Below are positions 20,920 to 31,248 of a stretch of 64,000 nucleotides of DNA, in pieces. The stretch is taken from positions 1,618 to 65,617 of the forward strand of contig JBJMGU010000232.1 in the NCBI GenBank assembly GCA_045807765.1. The letters run 5' to 3'. Below the pieces are notes generated by a model. The model did no database searches. It was not told the origin of the DNA and saw only the letters and a program-made list of their open reading frames with translations. Origin of the DNA: Blastocatellia bacterium. Its GTDB lineage: Bacteria; Acidobacteriota; Blastocatellia; UBA7656. Numbering within the stretch: position 1 is the first letter of the stretch; every line of letters begins with the position of its first letter. The position numbers were made by a program, and so were the translations under genes.

Positions 20920-22980
20920 ATGATGAGAACCAACAGCCAGGTATCCGCTAAGCGCTTCATCGTCATCCAGGTCCTGGTGATCCTCTGGGTCGTGGTGATC
21001 GGCTATCGCCTCGTCAAGTTGCAGGTCAAAGACCATGAAACGCTACGCGCCCGCGCCGAGCGTCAGCAGCAGGCGGCGATTGACCTGAGCCCGATGCGTG
21101 GCATCGTTTATGACCGCAACGGCAACGAACTGGCGCGCTCGGTCGAAACCCGCTCGCTTTACGCCTCGCCCGCCGAGATCAAAGATGCCGAGCAGGTCGC
21201 CGACCGCCTGGCCGACCTGCTCGACGTTGACCGTGATGCGCTTTACAAACGGCTGACGTCGAAAAATCTAGTACTGGTCGCGGTCAAGCGCAAGCTGACC
21301 GACAAAGAAGCGGCGCAGGTCGAAGCCTTGCACCTCGGCGGGCTGCGATTTGTCAATGAGATGAAACGCAGCTATGTCGCCGGTCCGACCGCCGCCCACG
21401 TCCTCGGCTTTGTCGACATCGAAGAGCGCGGCCAGGGCGGGCTTGAGCAGGCGTATGACAAGCAGATTCGCGGCAAGGGCGGGCGGCTGGTCCTCGACGT
21501 GGATGCGCTCAACAAGTCCTACGATCACTCGCTCGAAGAATCGATCCCCGGCGCCAACGTGACGCTGACGATTGACGTGCTGATCCAGCACTATGCCGAG
21601 CAGGCGCTCACCGACGCTATCCGTCAGCACCACGCGCGCGGCGGCACCATCGTCTTGATGCGGCCTGCGACCGGCGAGATTCTGGCGCTCGCTAACTATC
21701 CAACCTTCGACCCGAACAACGTCAGCGAGTCGGACGACAGCGAGCGGCGCAATCGCGCCATCGAAACATCATTTGAGCCGGGCTCGATCTTCAAGCTGGT
21801 CACCTACTCCGCGGCGCTCGAAGAGAAGCTGATCCGCCCGGACACGCGTATCGATTGCGGCAACGGCCAGATTCGCATCCTCGACCGCGTCATCCACGAT
21901 GGCCACTATGGCGTGCTGACCGCTGCCCAGGCGCTCGCCAAATCATCGAACGTCGCCGCCATCAAGATCGGCATGATGTTAGGCAAGGAGCGGCTGGGGC
22001 ATTACATCGAAGAGTTCGGATTTGGCCGCCGCACCGGCATCGAGCTGCCGGCGGAGGCGCGCGGCCTCTTCCGTCCGGCGAGCGAGTGGGGGCCGACCAG
22101 CATCGGCTCGATCCCTATGGGGCATGAGGTCGGTGTCACCGCCGTGCAGGCCATTGCCGCTTACGCTTGCATTGCCAATGGCGGCGAATATGTCAAGCCG
22201 CACATTGTGAGCCGTATTACAGATGCGGCAGGCAACGTCATCGAAGAGCCGTCTGCCGAGCATCGCCGCATCGTCAGCCAGCGCACTGCTGACACCATCA
22301 AACTGATGCTCGAAGGCGTGGTGATGCAGGGCACAGGCAAGGCGGCGCGGGTCGGCGGCTACAGCGCTGCCGGTAAGACCGGCACGGCGCAGAAGATCGA
22401 TGAGCAGACCAGGCGCTATTCGCAGACGAAATACGTCGCTTCGTTCGCCGGCTTCGCGCCGGTCGAGAATCCTGAGATCGCCTGCATCGTTTCGATAGAC
22501 GAGCCCGTCGGCGCGCATCACGGCGGCGATGTGGCGGCGCCGGTCTTCGCGCGCGTCGTCACCGACGCCCTGCGCACGCTCGGCGTGCAGCCGGCGGATG
22601 AGCCGCCCGCGCAAATGGTCGCCGCCGACACGCACGTTTACAACGTCGCCGAGCTGATGCCCGACAGCCGGGTCGCAGCGCGCGTTGAAAGAGACGAAAC
22701 GCGGCCCGCGCTCGATGTCGCCAGTAACCCGATGCCGGCGGCCATGCCATCGCGCGGCGGCATCGTCATGCCTGACCTGATGGGCTTGAGCATCCGCGAG
22801 GCGCTCGCCTTGTGCGCGGCACGCGGATTGAAGATCAAGCCGAGCGGCGAAGGCGTCGTCGCTCTGCAAAACCCGTCGCCCGGCGCGCTGGTCGCACAAG
22901 ACACAGTCTGCATGGTGAAACTGGCAAAGCAGTATGTGCGCAAAGAGGCCATCGCCCGCTCACCCGGCGGGCGGCGGTGA
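20920..22980 (+). CDS. ftsI: Penicillin-binding protein FtsI/PBP3 with PASTA domain
   Basis: RGIVYDRNG, EPGSIFK (SxxK), SSN, KTGT, C-terminal MPDLMGLS. Confidence 0.93.
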   Translation: MMRTNSQVSAKRFIVIQVLVILWVVVIGYRLVKLQVKDHETLRARAERQQQAAIDLSPMRGIVYDRNGNELARSVETRSLYASPAEIKDAEQVADRLADLLDVDRDALYKRLTSKNLVLVAVKRKLTDKEAAQVEALHLGGLRFVNEMKRSYVAGPTAAHVLGFVDIEERGQGGLEQAYDKQIRGKGGRLVLDVDALNKSYDHSLEESIPGANVTLTIDVLIQHYAEQALTDAIRQHHARGGTIVLMRPATGEILALANYPTFDPNNVSESDDSERRNRAIETSFEPGSIFKLVTYSAALEEKLIRPDTRIDCGNGQIRILDRVIHDGHYGVLTAAQALAKSSNVAAIKIGMMLGKERLGHYIEEFGFGRRTGIELPAEARGLFRPASEWGPTSIGSIPMGHEVGVTAVQAIAAYACIANGGEYVKPHIVSRITDAAGNVIEEPSAEHRRIVSQRTADTIKLMLEGVVMQGTGKAARVGGYSAAGKTGTAQKIDEQTRRYSQTKYVASFAGFAPVENPEIACIVSIDEPVGAHHGGDVAAPVFARVVTDALRTLGVQPADEPPAQMVAADTHVYNVAELMPDSRVAARVERDETRPALDVASNPMPAAMPSRGGIVMPDLMGLSIREALALCAARGLKIKPSGEGVVALQNPSPGALVAQDTVCMVKLAKQYVRKEAIARSPGGRR

Positions 22981-23041
22981 CCACTTAAAGTCACAAGAGA
23001 ACCAGGGGCGTGTAAAGAAAGATTGAAAGGCAATTGCCGAC

Positions 23042-24544
23042 TTGAAGCTCGCGGATTTAGCCAGGGAGATTGACGCGGTCGCCACCAGCGGGCGGCTCGA
23101 CCGCGAGGCGCGCGATGTCACACACGATTCGCGCGCCGTCGCGCCGGGGTCGGTTTTTGTCGCCATTCGCGGCGCCAAGACTGACGCGCACCGCTTCATT
23201 CCACAAGTCATCGAGAGCGGCGCGGTCGCCATCATCTCTGAGCTGAGCCGCAACCAGACCGACATTGATACGGCGGAGATCGGCTGGATTCAAGTCAGCG
23301 AGGCGCGCGCGGCGCTGGCTCGCGCGGCGGCAGCGATTCACGGTCATCCGTCTCGCCGGCTCAAACTCGTCGGCGTCACCGGCACAAACGGCAAGACGAC
23401 GACCGCGCATCTGGTTGATTCGATCATTCGCGCCGCCGAAGGCACATCGGCGATGTTCGGCACGATTCAACATCGCATCGGCGATCAAGCGGCGACTGCG
23501 CATCACACGACGCCCGAAGCCGCGGACATTCAGCGCATGCTGGCGCAGGCCGTCGCTGCCGGTTGTCGCTCGGCGGTGATGGAAGTCTCATCACATGCCA
23601 TCGAGCTGCACCGCGCCGATGGCTTGAAGTTCGCTGTCGCCGTCTTCAGCAACCTGACGCGCGACCATCTTGATTATCATCAGACGATGGAGAGCTACTT
23701 CGCGGCGAAAGCCAAGCTCTTCAACGGAACGATTGATCCGCGGCTCGGCGTATCGGTCATCAACATCGATGACGAATATGGCCGCCGTTTGCTTGGCAGC
23801 GCCAGGGGGCAAATCATTACTTATGGCTTCAGCCCGGATGCCGATGTGCGCACCGACCGCTTCGACTTGTCGCCGCGCGGCCTGTCCTACACGGCGACGA
23901 CGCCGGCGGGTCAGGTTGAGATGGCTTCGCCGCTTGTCGGTCGCTTTCACGTCTACAATACGCTGGCGGCGATTGGCGCAGGACTGGCTCTAGGAGCCAA
24001 GTTAGAGGTGATCGCGCAAGGCATACGCGATTGCCGCACGGTCGCGGGACGCTTCGAGCAAGTGACGATTGACGACGGGCACGAGCCGGGGTTCGCGGTC
24101 ATCGTTGATTACGCGCATACAGACGATGCGCTCAAGAACGTCTTGCAGACGGCGCGCGAAGTCGCCGGCCAGGGACGCGTCATTACCGTCTTCGGATGCG
24201 GCGGTGACCGCGACCGCACGAAGCGCGCGCCGATGGGCGAGATTGCCGCAACGCTTTCGGATGTTGCCATCGTGACGTCGGACAATCCGCGCAGCGAAGC
24301 GCCGCTGGCGATCATTGCCGACGTTGAAGTCGGTTTGCAGAAAGCCGGGCGCGAATACGTGAATCTGCCTGACCGCCGCGAAGCCATCTTTTGCGCCATC
24401 AACGAGGCGCGTGACGGCGACGTGGTGGTGATCGCCGGCAAAGGGCACGAGACGTATCAAATCCTCGGCGATAACACGATTCACTTTGACGATAAAGAAG
24501 TGGCGCGCGAGGCGATGACGGAAAGGCGCGGCGCAAGCCGTTAG
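23042..24544 (+). CDS. murE: UDP-MurNAc-tripeptide ligase (meso-DAP type)
   Basis: GTNGKTT, MEVSSH, DHLDYH, DYAHT, DNPR (DAP-specific), AGKGHE. Confidence 0.96.
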   Translation: MKLADLAREIDAVATSGRLDREARDVTHDSRAVAPGSVFVAIRGAKTDAHRFIPQVIESGAVAIISELSRNQTDIDTAEIGWIQVSEARAALARAAAAIHGHPSRRLKLVGVTGTNGKTTTAHLVDSIIRAAEGTSAMFGTIQHRIGDQAATAHHTTPEAADIQRMLAQAVAAGCRSAVMEVSSHAIELHRADGLKFAVAVFSNLTRDHLDYHQTMESYFAAKAKLFNGTIDPRLGVSVINIDDEYGRRLLGSARGQIITYGFSPDADVRTDRFDLSPRGLSYTATTPAGQVEMASPLVGRFHVYNTLAAIGAGLALGAKLEVIAQGIRDCRTVAGRFEQVTIDDGHEPGFAVIVDYAHTDDALKNVLQTAREVAGQGRVITVFGCGGDRDRTKRAPMGEIAATLSDVAIVTSDNPRSEAPLAIIADVEVGLQKAGREYVNLPDRREAIFCAINEARDGDVVVIAGKGHETYQILGDNTIHFDDKEVAREAMTERRGASR

Positions 24545-24556
24545 CTGGCGCACAAC

Positions 24557-26020
24557 ATGAAACTTAGCGACGTAGCAAAGCGACTCGGCGCGGCGGTTCG
24601 CGAATCACTCGGCGAGCGCGAGCCGCTCGGCTACTCGATTGATTCGCGCACGATTCGCGCCGGCGATGTCTACTTTGCCATTCGCGGCGAGCGCCATGAC
24701 GGTCATCAGTTCGTCACCGATGTCTTGAGCCGGGGCGCGATTGCCGCAGTCGTGTCGTGTGAGTTTCAATCCGCGCAAGCTGACCGCCTGCGCCGCGATG
24801 CAGCGATGCTGATCGGCGTAGACGATACGCTCGCGGCCTTGCAGCAGCTTGCTTCTTCGGTGCTGACTGATTGGCACGGGCAAGAGGTCGCCGTCACCGG
24901 CAGCATGGGCAAGACGACGACGAAAGAGATGACGGCGGCGGCGCTCGGCGCTGCCGGTCGCGTCATCAAGACGACCGGCAACCTGAACAACGACTATGGC
25001 CTGCCGCTGTCAATTTTGAAGATGGAGAGCGACGGCGCGCACACCACCGATTTTGATTACGCGGTCTTTGAGATGGGCATGAATCACAAAGGCGAGATCG
25101 CCCGGCTCGCCGAGATTGCTCCGCCTGATTGCGGCGTCGTTACGGTGGTCGCGCCGGTTCACCTTGAGTTCTTTGATTCGGTGGACGGCATCGCCGAGGC
25201 GAAAGCTGAACTGGTCGCGGGCATCAAGACGGGCGGCATCGCCGTGCTTAACGCCGACGATCCGCGCATCGCTCGCATGCGCGAAGGGCGTGATGACATT
25301 GCTTATCGAATGTTCGGCATCGAAAGCCGAGCCGACATCACGGCGCGCGACATTGAATCCGACGGCTTGAGCGGCACGCGCTTTCGTCTGCTGACGCCGC
25401 GCGGCGAAACCGCGGTCAGGCTGGTGGTCGCGGGCCGCCACAATGTTTATAACGCACTCGCCGCCGCAGCGGTCGCCGATTACTATAACGCGCCGCTTGC
25501 GGGCATCGCCGAAGCGCTCGGTCAATCCGCCTCGCCACGGATGCGCGGCGAAGTCGTGCGATTAACCAATGGCGTCACGCTCGTAGACGATTCGTACAAC
25601 TCGAATCCGCGCGCCTTGATTGAGATGGTCAAGACCGTCAGCGCCAAGCGCGAGGTTGAGCGCCGTGTTGTGGTCGCCGGTGAAATGCTCGAACTGGGTG
25701 AGAGCGGCGCGGCGCTGCACCGTGAAGCGGGCCGGCAGATCGCCGGGCTCGGCATCGATCTATTGATCGGCGTGCGCGGGCTGGCGGCAGAGATCATCGA
25801 AGGCGCACGCGAAGCCGGCATGTCGGCTGATGCAACGATCTTTTGTGCGACGCCCGAAGAAGCGGCTGAAGTCTTGCAGCGCCAGGCGCGCAGCGGCGAT
25901 CTCGTTCTCGTCAAAGGCTCGCGCGGCGTGAAGACCGAGATTGTTGTCGAGCGAATGAAGCAGTGGTCAGTTGCCAGTAATCAGTTGCCAGTTGCCAGTC
26001 GCTCTCTGCAACAGAAATAA
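24557..26020 (+). CDS. murF: UDP-MurNAc-pentapeptide ligase
   Basis: SIDSRTI, TGSMGKTTTKE, EMGMNH, DDSYNSNP, VKGSRG. The last ~19 aa derive from repeat J5. Confidence 0.95.
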   Translation: MKLSDVAKRLGAAVRESLGEREPLGYSIDSRTIRAGDVYFAIRGERHDGHQFVTDVLSRGAIAAVVSCEFQSAQADRLRRDAAMLIGVDDTLAALQQLASSVLTDWHGQEVAVTGSMGKTTTKEMTAAALGAAGRVIKTTGNLNNDYGLPLSILKMESDGAHTTDFDYAVFEMGMNHKGEIARLAEIAPPDCGVVTVVAPVHLEFFDSVDGIAEAKAELVAGIKTGGIAVLNADDPRIARMREGRDDIAYRMFGIESRADITARDIESDGLSGTRFRLLTPRGETAVRLVVAGRHNVYNALAAAAVADYYNAPLAGIAEALGQSASPRMRGEVVRLTNGVTLVDDSYNSNPRALIEMVKTVSAKREVERRVVVAGEMLELGESGAALHREAGRQIAGLGIDLLIGVRGLAAEIIEGAREAGMSADATIFCATPEEAAEVLQRQARSGDLVLVKGSRGVKTEIVVERMKQWSVASNQLPVASRSLQQK

Positions 26021-26076
26021 CTACGCATCAGGCAACCGATAACCGATAACTGGTCACTGGCAACTGGCAACTGACC
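25961..26076. repeat. Junction element J5 (murF/mraY): inverted arms of tandem CAGTTGC
   Basis: GGTCAGTTGCCAGT (25965-25978) pairs with ACTGGCAACTGACC (26063-26076). About six units per arm. The left arm lies inside the murF ORF. Confidence 0.9.
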
Positions 26077-26086
26077 GAGAGGGCTG

Positions 26087-27193
26087 ATGTTCTACTACTT
26101 GAATTTTCTCAGGGACAAACACGACAGCCTGTCATTCCTGCGCGTGTTCGACTATGTGACTTTTCGCACGGCGTGGGCGGCGATTACGGCGCTCGTCATC
26201 AGCCTGATGTTCGGCTCGCGGATGATCGCTATGCTGAAAGAGTTTCAGATCGGCCAGCAGATTCGCGAAGAAGGCCCGCGCTCGCACCAGTCGAAGCGCG
26301 GCACGCCGACGATGGGCGGCGTGCTGATCATCCTCTCGGTCGCCATCTCGACGCTGCTGTGGGCGAACCTGTCGGTGATTTACGTATGGCTCGCCGTCTG
26401 CGCAACACTCTGCTACGGCGCGATTGGCTTTGCTGACGATTATCTGAAGATCAAGCGCCGCCACAACCTCGGGTTGACCGGCAGGCAGAAACTGTTCTTT
26501 CAATTTCTGGTCGCCTTCGCCATCGGCATCGTGCTGCACTACTTCACGACCTATAGCACGCGGCTGAGCCTGCCGTTCTTCAAGAACATCACGCCGGAGA
26601 TATTCTGGCCGGCTTACCTGCTGATCTTCGCGCCACTGGTGCTGGTCGGTTTTTCGAACGCCGTGAATCTGACGGATGGCCTCGACGGGCTGGCGATCTC
26701 GGTGACGGTGGTGACGAGCGCGGCGCTCACCGGGTTTACCTATGTCAGCGGCGATGCGCGCTTCGCCGAGTACCTCGGCTTGCAGCACAACCCCGGCATT
26801 ATCGAGTTGACCATCTTTTGCGCGGCGCTGATGGGGGCGAGCCTCGGCTTTCTATGGTTCAATGCGCCGCCCGCCGAAGTGTTCATGGGCGATGTCGGCT
26901 CGCTCGGCATTGGCGGCGCGATTGGCATTGTCGCCGTGCTGATCAAGCAGGAGTTTTTGCTGGTGATGATCGGCGGCGTCTTTGTCATCGAAGCGATGTC
27001 GGTCATCTTACAGGTTGCCTCGTTCAAGGTCTTCAAGCGGCGCGTCTTTAAGATGGCGCCGTTGCATCATCACTTTGAACTGATGTTCCCGGTTGAGCAG
27101 TCGCGGCGCATGGAGCCGAAGCTGGTCTTTCGCTTTTTGATCGTGGCGATTCTCTTTGCCTTGCTCAGCCTGACGACGTTGAAGCTACGCTGA
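26087..27193 (+). CDS. mraY: Phospho-MurNAc-pentapeptide transferase
   Basis: [39 protein letters not shown]. Confidence 0.97.
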   Translation: MFYYLNFLRDKHDSLSFLRVFDYVTFRTAWAAITALVISLMFGSRMIAMLKEFQIGQQIREEGPRSHQSKRGTPTMGGVLIILSVAISTLLWANLSVIYVWLAVCATLCYGAIGFADDYLKIKRRHNLGLTGRQKLFFQFLVAFAIGIVLHYFTTYSTRLSLPFFKNITPEIFWPAYLLIFAPLVLVGFSNAVNLTDGLDGLAISVTVVTSAALTGFTYVSGDARFAEYLGLQHNPGIIELTIFCAALMGASLGFLWFNAPPAEVFMGDVGSLGIGGAIGIVAVLIKQEFLLVMIGGVFVIEAMSVILQVASFKVFKRRVFKMAPLHHHFELMFPVEQSRRMEPKLVFRFLIVAILFALLSLTTLKLR

Positions 27194-27197
27194 AAGC

Positions 27198-27266
27198 AGG
27201 GGCCAGGGGTCAGGGGACAGGGGGCGGTTTTTCCGCCCCGGCCCCCGCCCCCGGCCCCCGACCCCT
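27198..27266. repeat. Junction element J6 (mraY/murD): inverted arms of tandem AGGGGYC
   Basis: TGA-AAGC-AGGGGCCAGGGGTCAGGGGACAGGGGGCGG-TTTTT-CCGCCCCGGCCCCCGCCCCCGGCCCCCGACCCCT-ATG. Confidence 0.85.
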
Positions 27267-28691
27267 ATGAACGTTGCCGGTAAAAACATTCTGGTGGTGG
27301 GCATCGCGCGCAGCGGCGTGGCGGCAGCGCGCTTGCTCGCGGCGCGCGGCGCAAACGTCACGGCGAACGATGTGAAAGACGAATCGCACCTGGCACACGA
27401 AGCCGATGAGTTGCGCGCCGCGGGCGTAAGACTCGCGCTCGGCGGCCATCCCAAATCGTTGTTTACGCAGGTTGATTTAATTGTGCTCAGTCCCGGTGTG
27501 CCCGCCGATTTGCCGGCGCTTGAAATCGCGCGAGGCAGTGGCGTTGAAATCATCAGCGAGCCGGAGCTTGCAGGCCGCTTCCTGCGCGGGCGCATGATCG
27601 GCATTACCGGCTCGAACGGCAAGACGACGACGACGGCGCTCACCGGCGAATTGATGAAAGCGGCGGGCGCCGAGGTCATCGTCGGCGGCAACATCGGCAC
27701 GCCGCTCACGAGCTTGATTGAACAATCGAATGACCAGACGTGGGCAGTGGCCGAGCTGTCGAGCTTTCAGCTTGAGATGATTGACAGCCTGCGGGTTCAC
27801 GTCGCCGTCGTGACCAACATCACGCCGGATCATCTGGATCGGCACGGCACGTTTGAAAACTATGTCCGCGCCAAGCACCGCATCTTTCGCAATCAAACGG
27901 CTGACGACTTCGCGGTGCTGAACGGTCACGATCAAGCGATTGACGAAATGGTGAGCCAGCACGGCGTGCCGTCACGCAAGGTCTGTTTCAGCTCGCGGGG
28001 GCCGCAAACGATGGCCGGCGGCGCAGCAGATATCTATGTGCGCGAAGGCTGCGTGTTCACGAGGCTGGTGGCCGACCGGCAAAGCGAAGTCGAGATTATG
28101 CCGCTTGCCGATATTCCATTGCGCGGCATGCACAACGTCGAAAACGTCATGACGGCGCTGGCCGCGGTGTTCTGTGCGATGCAGACTCGGCTGGCCGATC
28201 TGCCGGTGCTGATCGCGGCGGTCAAGCAGTTTCCCGGCGTCGAACATCGCATCGAGTACGTCGCCGAGATTGACGGCATCAAGTTTTATAACGACTCGAA
28301 GGCGACGAATGTCGACTCGACCGTTAAAGCTCTGGAAGCGTTCGAGCGTAACGTCATCGTGATCCTCGGCGGCAAAGACAAAGGCAGCGATTACACGACG
28401 CTCGCGCCGCTCGTTAGCCGTCGCGTCAAGCAAGTCGTGTTGCTTGGTGCCGCAAGCGACAAGATCGCCGCGCAGCTCGAAGGCGTGCGCCCCATGACGC
28501 GCGCCGCTTCGATGCAAGATGCGGTTCAGCAATCCATGCAGGCGGCAGAGGCAGGCGACACCGTGTTGCTCGCTCCCGCCTGCGCCAGCTTCGATATGTT
28601 CGACAACTACGAACATCGAGGCCGCGTCTTTAAGCAGGAAGTGATGAATCTTGCCAGCCGCTCAGAAGCGGCGGCGCAAAGGAAAGAGTGA
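27267..28691 (+). CDS. murD: UDP-MurNAc-L-Ala--D-Glu ligase
   Basis: SPGVP, GSNGKTTT, ELSSFQL, DHLDRH, NDSKATN, PACASFDMF. Confidence 0.96.
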   Translation: MNVAGKNILVVGIARSGVAAARLLAARGANVTANDVKDESHLAHEADELRAAGVRLALGGHPKSLFTQVDLIVLSPGVPADLPALEIARGSGVEIISEPELAGRFLRGRMIGITGSNGKTTTTALTGELMKAAGAEVIVGGNIGTPLTSLIEQSNDQTWAVAELSSFQLEMIDSLRVHVAVVTNITPDHLDRHGTFENYVRAKHRIFRNQTADDFAVLNGHDQAIDEMVSQHGVPSRKVCFSSRGPQTMAGGAADIYVREGCVFTRLVADRQSEVEIMPLADIPLRGMHNVENVMTALAAVFCAMQTRLADLPVLIAAVKQFPGVEHRIEYVAEIDGIKFYNDSKATNVDSTVKALEAFERNVIVILGGKDKGSDYTTLAPLVSRRVKQVVLLGAASDKIAAQLEGVRPMTRAASMQDAVQQSMQAAEAGDTVLLAPACASFDMFDNYEHRGRVFKQEVMNLASRSEAAAQRKE

Positions 28692-28752
28692 GCGACAAGC
28701 GATAAGTGATAGGTCAGCCCAGCTTATCACTCATCACTGGTCACTCGTCACT
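28687..28752. repeat. Junction element J7 (murD/ftsW): inverted arms of AGTGATA/AGTGACC type 7-mers
   Basis: AGCGACA AGCGATA AGTGATA ... TATCACT CATCACT GGTCACT CGTCACT. Confidence 0.8.
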
Positions 28753-28757
28753 GAGTT

Positions 28758-29936
28758 ATGGCGATTGATTACCGAACCGCGACACCACGATGGAAGCGCG
28801 AAGCCGACTGGCAGGCGCGCCGCGCCGCCGAGTCGCGCTCCGCCGGGCGCGAGCTGGGCGTGGATAGAATCTTGCTGCTCATCGTGCTGGCGCTGACTTT
28901 GTTCGGCGCGGTGATGGTCTACTCGGCGTCGGCGATCATCGCCGAGAAGAGCTTTGGGAATCAGTTTCACTTTCTCTACAAGCAAGGAATGTGGGCGCTG
29001 GTCGGACTGGTCGCTATGGCCATCGGCATGAAGATCGATTATCGCCATTACAAGCGGCCCGGCGTCATCTTCTCGTTGCTGGCCGTGACCGCCGCGATGC
29101 TCGTCGTCGTGATGTTTTTGCCGAAGGTGAACGAAACACATCGCTGGATTCGCTATGCCGGCTTTTCATTGCAACCGTCGGAGATCGCCAAACTGGCTCT
29201 CACAGCCTATCTGGCGTACCTGATCGAGAGCCGCGAGCGCGAGCTGGACGATTTCAAGCGCGTCTTCATTCCGGCAACTGTGGTCGGCGGATTCATCATT
29301 GTGATGGTCGCTGCCGAGCCCGACCTGGGGACGGCGATGGCGCTCGGCATCGTCTACTTGACGGTGACGTTTTATGCCGGCGTGCCGCTGCGCTATCTGG
29401 CGCTGGTCGGCGCGGCGGCACTGCCGGGGCTTGCGGGGATGCTGTTGCTGGTGCCCTGGCGCTTGCAGCGACTGATGGACTTTCTCGACCCGTGGAAGAA
29501 CCAGACGACCTCGAGTTTTCAGGTGGTGCAGTCGTTGATCGCTGTCGGCAGCGGCGGCGCGCAGGGCGTCGGCTTCGCGCAGGGCAAGCAGAAGTTGTTT
29601 TACCTGCCGGCGCCACACACAGACTTTATCTTTGCGGTGATTGGCGAAGAACTGGGGCTGATCGGCTCGGTGGCAGTCGTCGGCATGTTCGCGCTGCTGG
29701 CGTGGCGCGGCTTCCGCGCGGCGCGCTCGGCACCCGACCTGTTCGGGCAGTTGTTGGCGACCGGGCTAACGGTGATGATCATCGCCCAGGCGTTTTTTAA
29801 CATCAGCGTGACGCTGTCGCTCGTGCCGACCAAAGGCATACCGCTGCCGTTCATCAGCTCGGGCGGCTCGTCGCTGGCCATCTCGCTGTTCGCAGCCGGC
29901 GTGCTGCTGAATGTGTCGAAGCACGAAAAAGCGTGA
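28758..29936 (+). CDS. ftsW: SEDS peptidoglycan glycosyltransferase FtsW
   Basis: MVYSAS, RWI...QPSEIAK, EPDLG, HTDFIFAVIGEELG, PTKGIPLPFISSGGSS. Confidence 0.95.
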   Translation: MAIDYRTATPRWKREADWQARRAAESRSAGRELGVDRILLLIVLALTLFGAVMVYSASAIIAEKSFGNQFHFLYKQGMWALVGLVAMAIGMKIDYRHYKRPGVIFSLLAVTAAMLVVVMFLPKVNETHRWIRYAGFSLQPSEIAKLALTAYLAYLIESRERELDDFKRVFIPATVVGGFIIVMVAAEPDLGTAMALGIVYLTVTFYAGVPLRYLALVGAAALPGLAGMLLLVPWRLQRLMDFLDPWKNQTTSSFQVVQSLIAVGSGGAQGVGFAQGKQKLFYLPAPHTDFIFAVIGEELGLIGSVAVVGMFALLAWRGFRAARSAPDLFGQLLATGLTVMIIAQAFFNISVTLSLVPTKGIPLPFISSGGSSLAISLFAAGVLLNVSKHEKA

Positions 29937-29937
29937 A

Positions 29938-30053
29938 GCCAGGAGTCAGGAGTCAGAAGTCAGGAGTCAGAATGGAAGGCAAAGTCTCTACTCTTGAACA
30001 GACACTTATAAACGGACTTTATTCTGACTTCTGACTCCTGGCTTCTGACTCCT
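29938..30053. repeat. Junction element J8 (ftsW/murG): inverted arms of tandem GGAGTCA/GAAGTCA
   Basis: 33-nt arms 29941-29973 and 30021-30053 pair with 4 deviations, 3 of them G-U wobbles. ATG follows immediately. Confidence 0.93.
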
Positions 30054-31166
30054 ATGAGAGTAATCATCGCAGCCGGCGGCACCGGCGGGCACATCTATCC
30101 GGGCGTGGCGATTGCCCGAGAGTTTAAGCGGCGCGACGCGGCAACCGATATTCTTTTCGTCGGCACACCGCGTGGCCTGGAATCGAAGATCGTGCCGCGC
30201 GAAGGCTTTCAGCTTGAGATGATTCAGGTCGGCGCGCTCAAAGGCGTTTCGCTCTTTGCCAAAACCAAATCGCTCGCCGGCTTGCCCTTGAGCTTTGTCG
30301 CGGCGCTCGGCATACTGCGACGTTTCAAGCCGGACGTGGTCATCGGTGTCGGCGGCTATTCGTCAGGGCCGACGTTGTTGATGGCGGCGCTCAAGCGCAT
30401 TCCGACGATGATCGTCGAGCCGAACGCGATGCCGGGTTTTACGAACCGCGTGCTGGCGCGCTTTGTCGGCGCAGCCGCCTTGACCTTTGAAGACGCGCTT
30501 AAGTATTTCGGCAAGCGCGGCGTCGTGACCGGCAACCCTGTGCGCGGCGATTTTGCCGGCATTCAGAAGAAAACGCGCGGCGCGCGCTTGCATGTTCTCG
30601 TCTTCGGCGGCAGCCAGGGGGCGCACGCCATCAACGTGGCGATGACCGAAGCGGCGGGCTTGCTCACGGCGCAAAAGGAACGGATGGCTATCGTCCATCA
30701 GACGGGTGAGAAGGATTACAAAATGGTCGAGCGCGCTTACAACGAAGCGGGATTGACGGAGGCAGAAGTGAAGCCGTTCATTCACGACATGGCGGCGCGC
30801 TTTCGGTGGGCGGACGTGTTGATTTGCCGGAGCGGCGCAACCACCGTGGCCGAAGTCGCGGCGGCGGGCAAAGCGGCGATCTTCGTCCCCTTCCCTTTCG
30901 CCACCGACGATCATCAACGCAAGAACGCCGAAGCGTTCGAGCGCGTCGGCGCCGCCCGCATGATTTTGCAGAAGGACCTGACGCCGGCGCGGCTCGCCGA
31001 GGCGTTACAGCAGTTGCTTGATAACCCCGGCGCGCTTGATCAGATGGAAGCGGCCAGCCGCCAGCTTGGGCGGCCCGATTCCGCAGCGCGCGCCGTGGAT
31101 TTAGCAATGAAGGTGGCCAGCGGCAGGAAGCAGGAAGCAGGAAGCAGGAAGCAGGAAGCAGAATGA
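30054..31166 (+). CDS. murG: Lipid II GlcNAc transferase
   Basis: GGTGGHIYP, GGYSS, TGNPVR, GGSQGA, RSGATT, DHQRKNA. C-terminal GRKQEAGSRKQEAE is repeat-derived. Confidence 0.96.
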   Translation: MRVIIAAGGTGGHIYPGVAIAREFKRRDAATDILFVGTPRGLESKIVPREGFQLEMIQVGALKGVSLFAKTKSLAGLPLSFVAALGILRRFKPDVVIGVGGYSSGPTLLMAALKRIPTMIVEPNAMPGFTNRVLARFVGAAALTFEDALKYFGKRGVVTGNPVRGDFAGIQKKTRGARLHVLVFGGSQGAHAINVAMTEAAGLLTAQKERMAIVHQTGEKDYKMVERAYNEAGLTEAEVKPFIHDMAARFRWADVLICRSGATTVAEVAAAGKAAIFVPFPFATDDHQRKNAEAFERVGAARMILQKDLTPARLAEALQQLLDNPGALDQMEAASRQLGRPDSAARAVDLAMKVASGRKQEAGSRKQEAE

Positions 31167-31237
31167 AAGCGGGAAGCCAAGCGAGTGCGCTTATCGCGCC
31201 TCCGTTTTTATTCTGACTTCTGACTCCTGACTTCTGA
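31123..31237. repeat. Junction element J9 (murG/murC): chimeric arms, (GCAGGAA)5 left and (TTCTGAC/TCCTGAC)n right
   Basis: Left arm 31123-31164 lies inside murG, right arm 31210-31237. Only the inner CAGAATGAA/TTTATTCTG ends pair well. Confidence 0.85.
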
Positions 31238-31248
31238 ATACTCAAGAT

